Position numbers and translations under genes: made by a program. From the NCBI GenBank assembly GCA_963849325.1, contig CAWKHF010000002.1:288001-352000 (forward strand): a stretch of DNA of 64,000 nucleotides, in the 5' to 3' direction. Below are positions 42,067-51,563 of the stretch, in pieces (positions within the stretch are counted from its first letter, which is position 1; the number at the start of each line of letters is the position of its first letter). The notes beneath the pieces are model-generated. The model was not told the origin of the DNA, searched no databases, and was given only the letters and a program-made list of their open reading frames with translations. The stretch comes from an uncultured Planctomycetota bacterium (GTDB taxonomy: Bacteria > Planctomycetota > Planctomycetia > Gemmatales > Gemmataceae).

Positions 42067-43263
42067 ATGTCAGCCACGCCAGCGTCTTCCCGCCGTCGTC
42101 TCGTCGTCCTCGGTTCCACCGGCTCGATCGGCACCAACTGCCTCGACGTCGTGGCCCACCTCGGCGAACGCTTCGAGGTGCTCGGCCTCAGCGCCCATTC
42201 CAGCGGCGACGCCCTGCTGGAGCAGGCCCAACGCCATCGACCGCGATGGGTGACGCTCACCGACCCCGCCGCGCCGCGGATCGACCCCGCCCGGCTGCCG
42301 CCCGGCTGCCGGTTGCTGCACGGCGCCGACGGCATCGCGGAGATGGTCCGCGATGCCGACGTGGACGTCGTCGTCAGCGCCATCGTCGGCGCCGCCGGGC
42401 TGATCGGCACCTGGGCCGCCCTCGAAGCCGGCAAGACCGTCGCCGTCGCCAACAAGGAAACGCTCGTCCTCGCCGGCGCCCTCGTCACCGACCTCGCCGC
42501 CCGCCGCGGCGGCCGACTGCTGCCCGTCGATAGCGAGCACAGCGCCATCTTTCAGGCGATGCAGGGCAGTCCGCCCGACGCCGTCGAGCGCATCGTCCTG
42601 ACCGGCAGCGGCGGCCCTTTCCGCGGACGCAGCCGAGCCGAGCTGGCCGACGTCACCGTCGCGGAGGCTCTGCGCCATCCGACCTGGCGCATGGGACCGA
42701 AGATCACCATCGACTCGGCCACGCTCATGAACAAGGCCCTCGAAGTCATCGAGGCACGCTGGCTGTTCGGCCTGCCGCCGGAGCGCATCGACGTCATCAT
42801 CCACCCCGAGTCGGTCATCCACTCTTTCGTCGAGTTCAAGGACGGCTCGGTGCTGGCCCAGCTATCGCCGCCGGACATGCGCCTGCCGATCCAGTACGCC
42901 CTGACTTATCCGGAGCGCGTGCCGGGTCCGGCGCGACGGCTGAACTGGCGCGAATTATCGGCCTGGCACTTCGAGCAACCCGACCACGAGACGTTCCCGG
43001 CCCTACAATTAGGGTATGAGGTGGCGCGTCGCGGCGGCACCTGCGGCGCGGTGCTCAACGCCGCCAACGAGGCGGCCGTCGAACGCTTCCTCAAGGGCGA
43101 CCTGGATTTCCTCGACATCCCGCGCGCCTGCCGCGCGGCCCTGGATCACCATCATTACAGCCCCACGCCGACGCTGGCCGAACTGAGCGCCTGCGATCGC
43201 TGGGCTCGACAGGAGGTAGGCCGTTGGACCAGCCCCAGACCCCGAAGCACTCCGACTCCGTGA
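42067..43263 (+). CDS. dxr: 1-deoxy-D-xylulose-5-phosphate reductoisomerase
   Basis: LGSTGSIG, ANKETLV, PVDSEHSA, HPTWRMGPKITIDSATLMNK, NAANE. Confidence 0.96.
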   Translation: MSATPASSRRRLVVLGSTGSIGTNCLDVVAHLGERFEVLGLSAHSSGDALLEQAQRHRPRWVTLTDPAAPRIDPARLPPGCRLLHGADGIAEMVRDADVDVVVSAIVGAAGLIGTWAALEAGKTVAVANKETLVLAGALVTDLAARRGGRLLPVDSEHSAIFQAMQGSPPDAVERIVLTGSGGPFRGRSRAELADVTVAEALRHPTWRMGPKITIDSATLMNKALEVIEARWLFGLPPERIDVIIHPESVIHSFVEFKDGSVLAQLSPPDMRLPIQYALTYPERVPGPARRLNWRELSAWHFEQPDHETFPALQLGYEVARRGGTCGAVLNAANEAAVERFLKGDLDFLDIPRACRAALDHHHYSPTPTLAELSACDRWARQEVGRWTSPRPRSTPTP

Positions 43264-45794
43264 GACCGGCCGGCGAGCCTCGGAGCGCGGACGCGGCTCC
43301 GCTCGCCGACAGTGCCGCCGCCGCTGACGCCGGCCGCCTGGCTGATGAACAACGCCGTCTACCTGCTCATCTTCGGCCCTCATCGTCGGCGGTATCTGGT
43401 ACAAGCTCGGATTGGACAGCGTCTGGGCCGTCGCCAAGGTCGTCATCGGACTCGGCTTCGTCATTTTCATCCACGAGCTGGGCCACTTCCTGGCCGCCAA
43501 GTGGTGCGACGTCCACGTGCAGACGTTCAGCATCGGCTTCGGGCCGGCCCTGCCCGGCTGTAGCTTCCAGCGCGGCGAGACCACCTACAAGATCGGCGTG
43601 CTGCCGCTGGGCGGCTACGTCAACATGGTCGGCGAAGGGCCGGAGGCCGACGAGGACGAAGACTATCCGCGCTCCTTCAAGAACAAGACGCGTCGGCCAG
43701 CGCATGCTCATCATCTCGGCCGGCGTCATCATGAACGTCCTGCTCGGCTGCATCCTGTTCATCGTCGTCTACAATTACTCACGGCGTCGAGCAGGCGCCC
43801 GCCATCGTCGGCCGGGTCGATGCCGGCTCGCCGATGTGGGAGAAGGGCGTTGCCGCCGGCTCGGTCATCACCGAACTGAACGGCATCCGCAATCCCATCT
43901 TCAAGAACCTTCGCTTCGAGGTCATTCTCTCCGCGCAGGACCAGAAGATCCCCTTCACGTTCCAGATGTACGGGCCGGACGGTGAAAAGGCGGAGCAGCG
44001 CACGGTGGACCTGCTGCCGCGCCGCGAGGAGAACGATCTCAATCCCGTCGTCGGCGTCGCGCCGCCCAATCAGCTGCGCTGTATCCTCGAGCCGAAGAAA
44101 GACATCGGCCTCCTGCCCGTGACGCGCCACAGCCCGGCGGCCGCCGCCCGCTCCGTCCCCCTTCAGCCGGACGAGGTCATCGTCGCCGCCACCGACCCGG
44201 ACAACCCCGACCAGGTCAAGGAGATCAAGCACGACTTGCAGGCCGTGCACGTTCGATTACCGGGATTTCAGCAAGCGTCTCCGCGCCCTGGAAGGCCAAA
44301 AGCTGGTCATCCACGTCAAGCCGAAAGGCGCCGACGACAAGGCGAAAGCCGAATGAGCGCGACGTGCCGCTGGAAGGCTTCCAGTTCAACGACACCATCG
44401 TCGGCTGCACGGAGGCGCAGGATACTCGGAACGATTCGTACAACCCGTTCCAGGTCAGCGAATTGCCGCGCGATCCCCGTCATGAGAGCGGCGATCGGCG
44501 CGACCCGTTCGTCTTCCAGGCCCGTCAGCGGCAGTTGGCCGGCCTGCCGATGGTCGTGCAAGTCCGCCGCGGCGATCCCAACAGCTCTTCCCTGCACGAT
44601 ACGTCGTCGACCGGCGAGGTCGTCAACCTGTTCGTGCCGCCGGCCTTTCACGTCACGTTCGGCATGCGCATGAAGATGGGCAAGGTGGCGGCCTCCGCGA
44701 GGATTCCCCCGCCGCCCGCGCCGGCGTGCGGAAGGGCGACGAACTCATCAAGGTCGTCATGAAGGACGAGCACGGCGACACGCTCCGCACTTGGGAGGAG
44801 CTCGACCCCGAGCGTCTGCCGTTCGAGCTGGGGAGGGCGGCGGCGAGCAAGCCGGGCAAGAAGACGGTGCTCCTGACCGTCCGCCGCGAGCCGTCGCCGC
44901 CGAACCACACACCGGAAAATCACATCCTGCCGCCGGTCGAATGGGAGCAGCGCTGGGACAACGACGAGGAAGTGCCGCTCAGCACTTCCTCGCCGCTGGC
45001 GATCCCGCAACTGGGCGTGGCCTACTGGGTCCTCAGCCAGGTCGTGGAGGTCCACAAGGATTCGCCGGCCGCCGCGAGAAGGACGCGGCTGCAAAAGGAC
45101 GATACGATCAAGGAGATCCGCTACAAGACCCTGTCGGCGTACAACAAGGAGCCGGAGTGGAGCGAGGCCAGCCGAGCTGGAGTCCACGCGCCACGGCGAG
45201 ACGCAATACGACTGCTGGGCGCAAGCGTTCTGGATCGCGCAACTGAACGATTTTAAGGAAATCAAGGTCAAGGTGAACCGTCCGGGCGAGGAGATGAAGG
45301 ACGAAATCGCCCTGACGGCTCGTGAAGACCTGGACTGGCCGCTGGCCGGGCGCGGCATCCGCCTGTTGCCGGATTACAAGGTGCAGAAAGCCGACAACTT
45401 CGGCGAGGCCCTCATCCTCGGCGCCCGCTACACCAAAGAAATGATCGTCATCATGTACTTGCAGCTGAAGAGCCTGGCCACCGGCCGCGTCTCGTTCAAG
45501 CAGGTGGGCGGGCCGCTGGAGATCATGCGCATGGGCTTCTCGCAGGCCCAGGCCGGCAATTACGATCTGCTATTGTTTCTGGGCATGATTAGCATCAATC
45601 TGGCCGTGGTCAACTTCCTGCCCATCCCCATCCTGGACGGCGGGCACATGGTCTTCCTGATTTACGAGAAGCTGCGCGGCCGGCCGCCGGCCGAGAACGT
45701 CAAGGTGGTGGCCACCTACATCGGTCTGGCCATGATTGCTTTGCTCATGATACTGGTGTTCTACCAGGACATTCGCAAAATGTTCGGCATCTGA
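43224..45794 (+). CDS. rseP: RseP-like site-2 metalloprotease with expanded PDZ-type region (multiple frameshifts)
   Basis: HELGH, FSIGFG, PLGGYV, AGVIMN, NFLPIPILDGGH; follows dxr. Confidence 0.88.
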
Positions 45795-45821
45795 GGCCCG
45801 CACGAGGAGGCATTATCGGCT

Positions 45822-46103
45822 ATGAGTTGGAAGGACACCCTCGCCACTCCTGAGCCGACAATGGACAGACGCACCATGACACGCTCCGCTGCCCGTCGCT
45901 CCGCCGCCGTCCAGGCGGACAAATCCGCTCTACCGCCGCCGACTTCCGAACCACGCTCCGGCGATCCGTTCGTGGCGACGGAGACGAAATCCGGCATCCC
46001 CTGGTACTGGGGGCTGGTCCTTTTCCTGTGGGCCACGTCCTACTTTTTTCTGCTCTTGTACGAATGGCTGGCCGGTGTCTTGAAGTCGTTCGTCCGAGCC
46101 TGA
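45822..46103 (+). CDS. Small membrane protein
   Basis: GAGGAGG SD; C-terminal TM segment WYWGLVLFLWATSYFFLLLYEW. Confidence 0.55.
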   Translation: MSWKDTLATPEPTMDRRTMTRSAARRSAAVQADKSALPPPTSEPRSGDPFVATETKSGIPWYWGLVLFLWATSYFFLLLYEWLAGVLKSFVRA

Positions 46104-46145
46104 AGCGTAAGCGAAGAGTGCTCTTCGCTTACGCTTCAGGCTCGG
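46094..46145. repeat. REP-like palindrome family A copy carrying both flanking stop codons
   Basis: TGA at 46101-46103 (+) and TAA at 46129-46131 (-) lie inside the arms. Confidence 0.9.
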
Positions 46146-46962
46146 TTACGTTTTGTTCGCACTCGCGCATGTAGCGCAGGCTCTCCCGCGCGATCGTCTC
46201 CGGGTCGGGAGTGTAATCGAACACCTCGACCGAGACCCAGCCGTCGTACCGGCTCTCGCGCAGGGCGCGGAAGATGGGCACGAAATCGACGGCGCCGAAG
46301 CCGGGGCCGCGGCGGTTGGGGTCGTTGGCGTGGAAATGGCCGGTGCGCCCGGCGTGACGGCGGATGAGATCGGGGACCGGCGTCTCTTCCGATGACATCG
46401 CCTTGACATCCAGGTGTAGCACGAAGTTCGGATGGTCGATGCGGTCGAGGATCTCGACGGCCTCGGCGCAGGTGTTGATAAAGTCGGCCTCGGGCGGGGC
46501 CAGCGGTTCCAGGCACAGGCGTACTCCCGCGTCGCCGATGCCGGATCGGGCGCGGCGGAAGGTATCGACGGCGTAATCGACGGCCTGGCCGCGCGTCGCG
46601 CCGGCGGGAATGCGCCGCTGGGCCGGCGAGCCGAAGACGAGTAACTCGCCGCCGAGGTCGCCACAGCAGTGGGCCAGCGCCATCAGGTAATCCGCCGTCT
46701 TTTGCCGCACAGCCGCGTCCGGCGAGGTTAGGTGCAGCCCTTCGGTCTTGGCCAGGAGCCAGTGCAGTCCCAGCAACTTCAGGCCGTGTTCGTCCGCCTG
46801 CCGGCGCAGCTCGCTCCGCCGCTCGGCGGACACGTCGTGGACGGAGCCGGCCAGGGTGAACGGGGCGATCTCCAGCCCCTGATAGCCCAGGCCGGCGACG
46901 AAACGGCACACCCGCTCGTGGTCCCAGCCCTCGAACGTCTCGTTGCAGATGGCATATCTCAT
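46129..46962 (-). CDS. Sugar phosphate isomerase/epimerase (TIM barrel)
   Basis: MRYAICNETF, LEIAPF, FGSP, LEPL, LDVKAM, HFHAND, SVEVF. Confidence 0.9.
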   Translation of the reverse strand: MRYAICNETFEGWDHERVCRFVAGLGYQGLEIAPFTLAGSVHDVSAERRSELRRQADEHGLKLLGLHWLLAKTEGLHLTSPDAAVRQKTADYLMALAHCCGDLGGELLVFGSPAQRRIPAGATRGQAVDYAVDTFRRARSGIGDAGVRLCLEPLAPPEADFINTCAEAVEILDRIDHPNFVLHLDVKAMSSEETPVPDLIRRHAGRTGHFHANDPNRRGPGFGAVDFVPIFRALRESRYDGWVSVEVFDYTPDPETIARESLRYMRECEQNVTEPEA

Positions 46963-46998
46963 GGAAGGTCGCCGCATGAAGCCGCAAGCGGCTTGACA

Positions 46999-48483
46999 CT
47001 ACTTGCTATCAATGGTGACGCGGTCCTCGCGCGAATCCGAGGTCAGGAAGGTCAACTCGACCGGGCCGTTCGCCTTCTCCATCGCGCGGTAGAATTCGGC
47101 CGGCTCCGTTACGCGGCGCTGGTTGACGCGGGTGATGACCATGTCGGGCTGGAGGCGCGCCTTGTCGGCGGAGCTGTTGGGCACCACTTCGCGGATGACG
47201 ACCCCTTCGGGAATGCTGCGCCAGCGCAGCGACAGGGTACTGGACCAGTCCACGCGCAGACCGCCACGCGCCGGCGGCCGCTTCGAGGCGATGACCGGGC
47301 CGGGCACGGCGTACTTGGCCAGCTTGACGTTGCAGACGCGCCGCGGTCCGTCCGGCCGAGCCGCCGCCTCGATGCGGACCTCGCTGCCGGCCAGATGCAT
47401 GCCGATCATCAGGAAGAGATCGTCGTTGCTATGTACCGGCATGCCGTTGATGGCCAGAACGTAATCGTCGTTGCGCAGCTCGCCGCGCTCAGCCGGCCCG
47501 CCGAACAGCACTTCCTGGAGCTGCACGAAACCATCGGGGACGTACTCGGGCGGCTTGAGGATGACGCCAAGGAAGCCGTACTCGACCTCCTCGCCGCGGC
47601 GTAGCACGTCGAGGATGCGGCGCGTGCCGGCGTCGAGCGGCACGGCGAAACCGCCGGGCGTCTCGCCGCCGCTGATGCCGGCCAGCGCCGACGTCAGGCC
47701 GACCAGCTCTCCTTGCAGGTTGAGCAGGGCGCCGCCGCTGCAACCGAGGTTCAGGCGCGTATCGGTCTGGACGAGCGTGCCGAAGCAGTGCAGCGGTAGG
47801 CGCGAACGGTCGCCGCGCTCGACCTCGCTGAGCACACCCGTCGAACGGCGGCGAAGGTTGCTGACGATGCCCCACGAGGCGCTAGGGCTGCCGTCGCGGA
47901 AGCCCGCCGCGAAGGGGTTGGACAGCGACAGCAGGAAATCGCCCTTGCGCAGTCGGCCGCCGTCGCCGAGCTTGAGCGCCTTGAGGTTCGGCACGCGGTC
48001 GAGCAGGCGCAGCACGGCCAAATCGCTGCGCGGGTCGGCCGCGTGGATGTCGGCCCAGCTGCCGCGACCGCCCGGCAGGCGAACGAAAATCTTGGTCGCC
48101 TTGCGTACGACGTGGGCCAGGGTGAGGACCAGGCCGTCCTTGTCGTCGAGGACTACGCCGCTGCCGTAGGACTCCGGCACGGTGGCGGGGTTGCTCAGGT
48201 CGAGGTTGACCAGCGCGGGGTCGGTGCGCGAACTCGGATGACCGCCGGGACGCTCGAAGCGGCCGAGCTGGCCCGGCACCTTCGGCCGGACGGGACCGAG
48301 CGCCCGATATTTGTCGCTGCGCGAGACGAGGATGCAGGCGATGGAAGGTTCGGCGCGCTCAATCGATTGGTGGACGGCCTCCTGCAGGGCCAGCACGTCG
48401 GCGAAGCGATTCCGTTCCTCGCTCCGGACCCATCCCGGCAGGAGGAGAACGGCCAGCGGAGCGAGACAGGCCATTGTGCGCAT
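46999..48483 (-). CDS. HtrA/DegP-like serine protease with two PDZ domains
   Basis: GSGVV, LTLAHVV, SDLAVL, QTD..NLGCSGGAL; PDZ repeats. Confidence 0.88.
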   Translation of the reverse strand: MRTMACLAPLAVLLLPGWVRSEERNRFADVLALQEAVHQSIERAEPSIACILVSRSDKYRALGPVRPKVPGQLGRFERPGGHPSSRTDPALVNLDLSNPATVPESYGSGVVLDDKDGLVLTLAHVVRKATKIFVRLPGGRGSWADIHAADPRSDLAVLRLLDRVPNLKALKLGDGGRLRKGDFLLSLSNPFAAGFRDGSPSASWGIVSNLRRRSTGVLSEVERGDRSRLPLHCFGTLVQTDTRLNLGCSGGALLNLQGELVGLTSALAGISGGETPGGFAVPLDAGTRRILDVLRRGEEVEYGFLGVILKPPEYVPDGFVQLQEVLFGGPAERGELRNDDYVLAINGMPVHSNDDLFLMIGMHLAGSEVRIEAAARPDGPRRVCNVKLAKYAVPGPVIASKRPPARGGLRVDWSSTLSLRWRSIPEGVVIREVVPNSSADKARLQPDMVITRVNQRRVTEPAEFYRAMEKANGPVELTFLTSDSREDRVTIDSK

Positions 48484-48670
48484 GGGCCGGTTCCTTGTTA
48501 GCGCCCACAACCGCAGTGTGGAGGAGAGGGCAGATTCTATGTTTGTACCGCGTGGAGGCGCGGTTTTCCAGTTCTTCCGACCATTCGCTGAGCCGCGACC
48601 GTCTCGGTGAGCATGGAAAAGAAAAGGCCGCGCCCTTACGGTCGCGGCTCAGAACGGTATCTGTGATGAC

Positions 48671-48717
48671 AAAAACACCGAAGGGAGTCCCGAGTATTCT
48701 CGGGACTCCCTTCGGTG
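48671..48717 (-). terminator. Intrinsic terminator downstream of csrA
   Basis: 19-bp perfect stem CACCGAAGGGAGTCCCGAG with a 4-nt loop, followed by TTTTT on the minus strand. Confidence 0.85.
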
Positions 48718-48886
48718 ATGAATCCGTATCACTCCCCTGTGATAACCCCACTGCTTCTTTCGCAAGCAAAGGCGACTGCCAGACCGCGAACACGCTTTCG
48801 ACGTGCCCCCGGTTGGCCGGTCCCGCGACGACATCGCGGGCCATTCTCCCAACGTCCGCTTGGGCGTTGGTGGAACGATTCGCCGG

Positions 48887-49084
48887 CTAGTGGGGCACGG
48901 TCGAGGCGCCCGGCGCGGGCGTCTCATTGTTCTTCAAGGGCAAAAGCTCCTGACGGTAGATCGGCACGTCACGCGGTGCCTCGATCCCCAGGCGGATTTT
49001 GCCCCGGTCGATGTCCACGACCGTGATACAGATGTTATCCCCGATATAAATCTTCTCACCCAGTTTTCGGCTCAGGACCAGCAT
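48887..49084 (-). CDS. csrA: Carbon storage regulator
   Basis: MLVLSRKLGEKIYIG..IRLGIEAPRDVPIYRQEL. Confidence 0.95.
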   Translation of the reverse strand: MLVLSRKLGEKIYIGDNICITVVDIDRGKIRLGIEAPRDVPIYRQELLPLKNNETPAPGASTVPH

Positions 49085-49385
49085 ATCGCTACCCTCCTAC
49101 GAGCGAAGCAGTGGTATACTTGCATCCCAATTCTACGCCACGAATGGCGACGGCGATGTCAAGGGGGTGACATTTTTTGCCCCTAACCCCTCCCCCGTGT
49201 CGTGGAACATCCCTCATCCTGGCTTTGCTCGCTAGAGCCGGACATCCCGCACAATCCGTAAAATCCGCCATGAGAGCAAGTTATGCGCCAAATCGGCGCT
49301 GAGGCGGAGGCGAAGGCGGACAGCGGCTCACGCCTATCCGATGGGATCTCTTCCTGAGTTCGCGGTCGGTGGGACACTCGGTTTG

Positions 49386-50387
49386 CTATCCGCGCCGCCG
49401 GGCGAGGCCGGAGAGGAAGTGCCAGACGACCAGAGCCGCCCAGCGTGAACTTTGGCCATCGCGGTCGAAGGAGGGATTGATCTCGACCAAGTCGAAGCTG
49501 CTCACCGCCGTGTGCTCGCCGGCCAAGGCGGCGCAGGCGGCGAGTTCGTGTCCACAAAGGCCGAGCGGGTTGGGGGCGCTGACGCCGGGCACGTCCGCCT
49601 GCCGGACAACGTCGCTGTCGAGCGTCACGCACACCGAACATCCGCTGGCCGACAGCCGCTCGCACTCCTGGCGGAAGGCGTCGCCCAGACGGTCGCGGAC
49701 CTCGGCACACCAGCGGATGACACCGCCTCGGGCGTTGACGTAAGCGTGGTGTTCTCGGCTGACCGAGTAAGGCTGGGCGCCCAGGCAAACGTAGCGATCG
49801 CCGCGTAACGGACGATTCGGATGTTCGAGGGCTTGCCGAAACGGCGAGCCGCTGTGTCCCAGCCCGTCCGCGAGCGGACGGACGTCCAGATGTGCGTCGA
49901 GGTTGACGATCGCCACGTCGCGGCCGGCGTGAACGTAGCCGAGGTAATGTCCGTAGGCCGTCTCGTGTCCGCCACCCAGCACAATGGGGACGGCCTCGGC
50001 CTTCAACAGCGACGCGATCCCTTCCGCCAACGCCTGCTGACTTTCCTCCAGCCCACCGAGGATGCGCACATTCCCCAGGTCGAGTAATTCCAGTGCGCTC
50101 AGGTCCGTGCCTCTGGAGGCGTCCCAGGGTGTCAGCCGGTAGAGTCCGTGACGGATGGCGGCAGGAGCGGCGGCAGCCCCTGGCCGGCCCTGGTTGCGGC
50201 GCACACCCTCGTCTTGAGGAAATCCCAGCAGGACCGGACGTCCCGGCCGCAGCATCGGCGGACCCTCCCGCCAGAACTCGACGCACTCGCCCAGTCGCGG
50301 GTCATCCGGCCGGCGCGGACCATCCGGCGGCGCAACCGGCTCAAGCCGGGTGTACCACGCGCCCGCGCTTGACGACGCACTCGACAT
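49386..50387 (-). CDS. hutG: Formimidoylglutamase (arginase family)
   Basis: DEGVRRNQGRPGA, GGGHETAYG, NLDAHLD, SGSPF, PGVSAP, EINP. Confidence 0.92.
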   Translation of the reverse strand: MSSASSSAGAWYTRLEPVAPPDGPRRPDDPRLGECVEFWREGPPMLRPGRPVLLGFPQDEGVRRNQGRPGAAAAPAAIRHGLYRLTPWDASRGTDLSALELLDLGNVRILGGLEESQQALAEGIASLLKAEAVPIVLGGGHETAYGHYLGYVHAGRDVAIVNLDAHLDVRPLADGLGHSGSPFRQALEHPNRPLRGDRYVCLGAQPYSVSREHHAYVNARGGVIRWCAEVRDRLGDAFRQECERLSASGCSVCVTLDSDVVRQADVPGVSAPNPLGLCGHELAACAALAGEHTAVSSFDLVEINPSFDRDGQSSRWAALVVWHFLSGLARRRG

Positions 50388-51558
50388 GATTGATTCCGAA
50401 GTGATAAAAGAGTTCCCGATAATCGGCAACGTCACAGACGATGACGTCGCCCTGCTTGCCGGGCGTCAATGAGCCGAGGCGGTCGGCGCGGCCCAGCGCC
50501 GCGGCGGCGTGGAGCGTCAGGGCCGTCACGACCTCGCTGGGCCTCATGCCCATCTGTGTGCAGGCCATGGCGCCAACGAGCGGTAGGTTCTCAGTCATGC
50601 AGGTGCCGGGGTTGCAGTCGGTGGCCAGGGCCACGGTCACGCCGCGCTCGATCAGACGCCGCGCCGGCGCATACTCCACTCCCAGAGAGAACGCCGTGCC
50701 CGGCAGCAGCGTCGCCACCGTACCCGACGCGGCCAGGGCGTCGATGCCCGCCTCGCTGACGCGCAGCAGATGGTCCGCCGACACGGCCCCGACCTCCGCC
50801 GCCAGCTCGGCCCCGCCAAGCGGCGACAGTTCGTCGGCGTGCAGCTTGAGCCGCAAACCCAGGTCGCGCGCCCGCGTCAGGATTTGCCGCGATTCCGCCA
50901 CACTGAAAACGCCGGTCTCGCAGAAGACGTCGCAAAACTCGGCCAGGCGCTGCCGGGCGACCTCGGGCAACATGACGTCGCGGAGCGAACGGATGTAACC
51001 GGCTCGATCATCGCGGTACTCCGGCGGCACGGCGTGCGCCCCCAGGAAGGTCGGCACCAGCTCCCACGGCCCCTCGGCGTTCAGCTCGGCGATGGACTCT
51101 AGACACTTGATCTCGTCGGCTGGCGTCAGACCGTAGCCGCTCTTGACCTCGACGGTGGTGACGCCGAACCGCAGCAGCCGTCGCAGCCGTGGCCGCGCCA
51201 GCGCCTTCAGCTCCTCCTTCGATGCCTGCCGCACCTGGCGGACGGTGCGGAGGATGCCGCCGCCGCGCTCGGTGATTTGCTGATAGCTCATGCCTTGCAG
51301 GCGCTGCTCGAATTCGTCCACGCGCGAGCCGGCGAACAGCAAGTGCGTGTGACTATCGATGAAGCCCGGCAGCACGACCTTGCCGCTGGCATCGATCCAC
51401 GTCGCCTCCTCTTGCGCCACGGCCGGCATGTCCGCCGCTGGTCCCACCCAGTCGATGATGCCCGCGCGGATGATGACGGAGCCGTCCGCGAGGACAAGAC
51501 GATCGCCGGCCGACGCGATGCCGACCAACTGGGCCGCGTGATGGAGGACCGTAAGCAT
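50341..51558 (-). CDS. hutI: Imidazolonepropionase
   Basis: PGFIDSHTH, EVKSGYG, FLGAH, DVFCE, HADEL, ATDCNPG. Confidence 0.95.
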   Translation of the reverse strand: MLTVLHHAAQLVGIASAGDRLVLADGSVIIRAGIIDWVGPAADMPAVAQEEATWIDASGKVVLPGFIDSHTHLLFAGSRVDEFEQRLQGMSYQQITERGGGILRTVRQVRQASKEELKALARPRLRRLLRFGVTTVEVKSGYGLTPADEIKCLESIAELNAEGPWELVPTFLGAHAVPPEYRDDRAGYIRSLRDVMLPEVARQRLAEFCDVFCETGVFSVAESRQILTRARDLGLRLKLHADELSPLGGAELAAEVGAVSADHLLRVSEAGIDALAASGTVATLLPGTAFSLGVEYAPARRLIERGVTVALATDCNPGTCMTENLPLVGAMACTQMGMRPSEVVTALTLHAAAALGRADRLGSLTPGKQGDVIVCDVADYRELFYHFGINHVECVVKRGRVVHPA

Positions 51559-51563
51559 GAAGA

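Noticed and set aside
9679-46145. CRISPR array built from the recurring ~23-bp repeats
   Set aside because: Copies are dispersed inverted pairs, not direct repeats with regular spacers, and there are no cas genes
46999-48483. Catalytically dead HtrA
   Set aside because: His, Asp and Ser of the triad all appear present despite the NLGCSGG variant
49130-49162. TTGACA...TAGAAT as the csrA sigma70 promoter
   Set aside because: The spacer is 21 nt, too long for a canonical promoter
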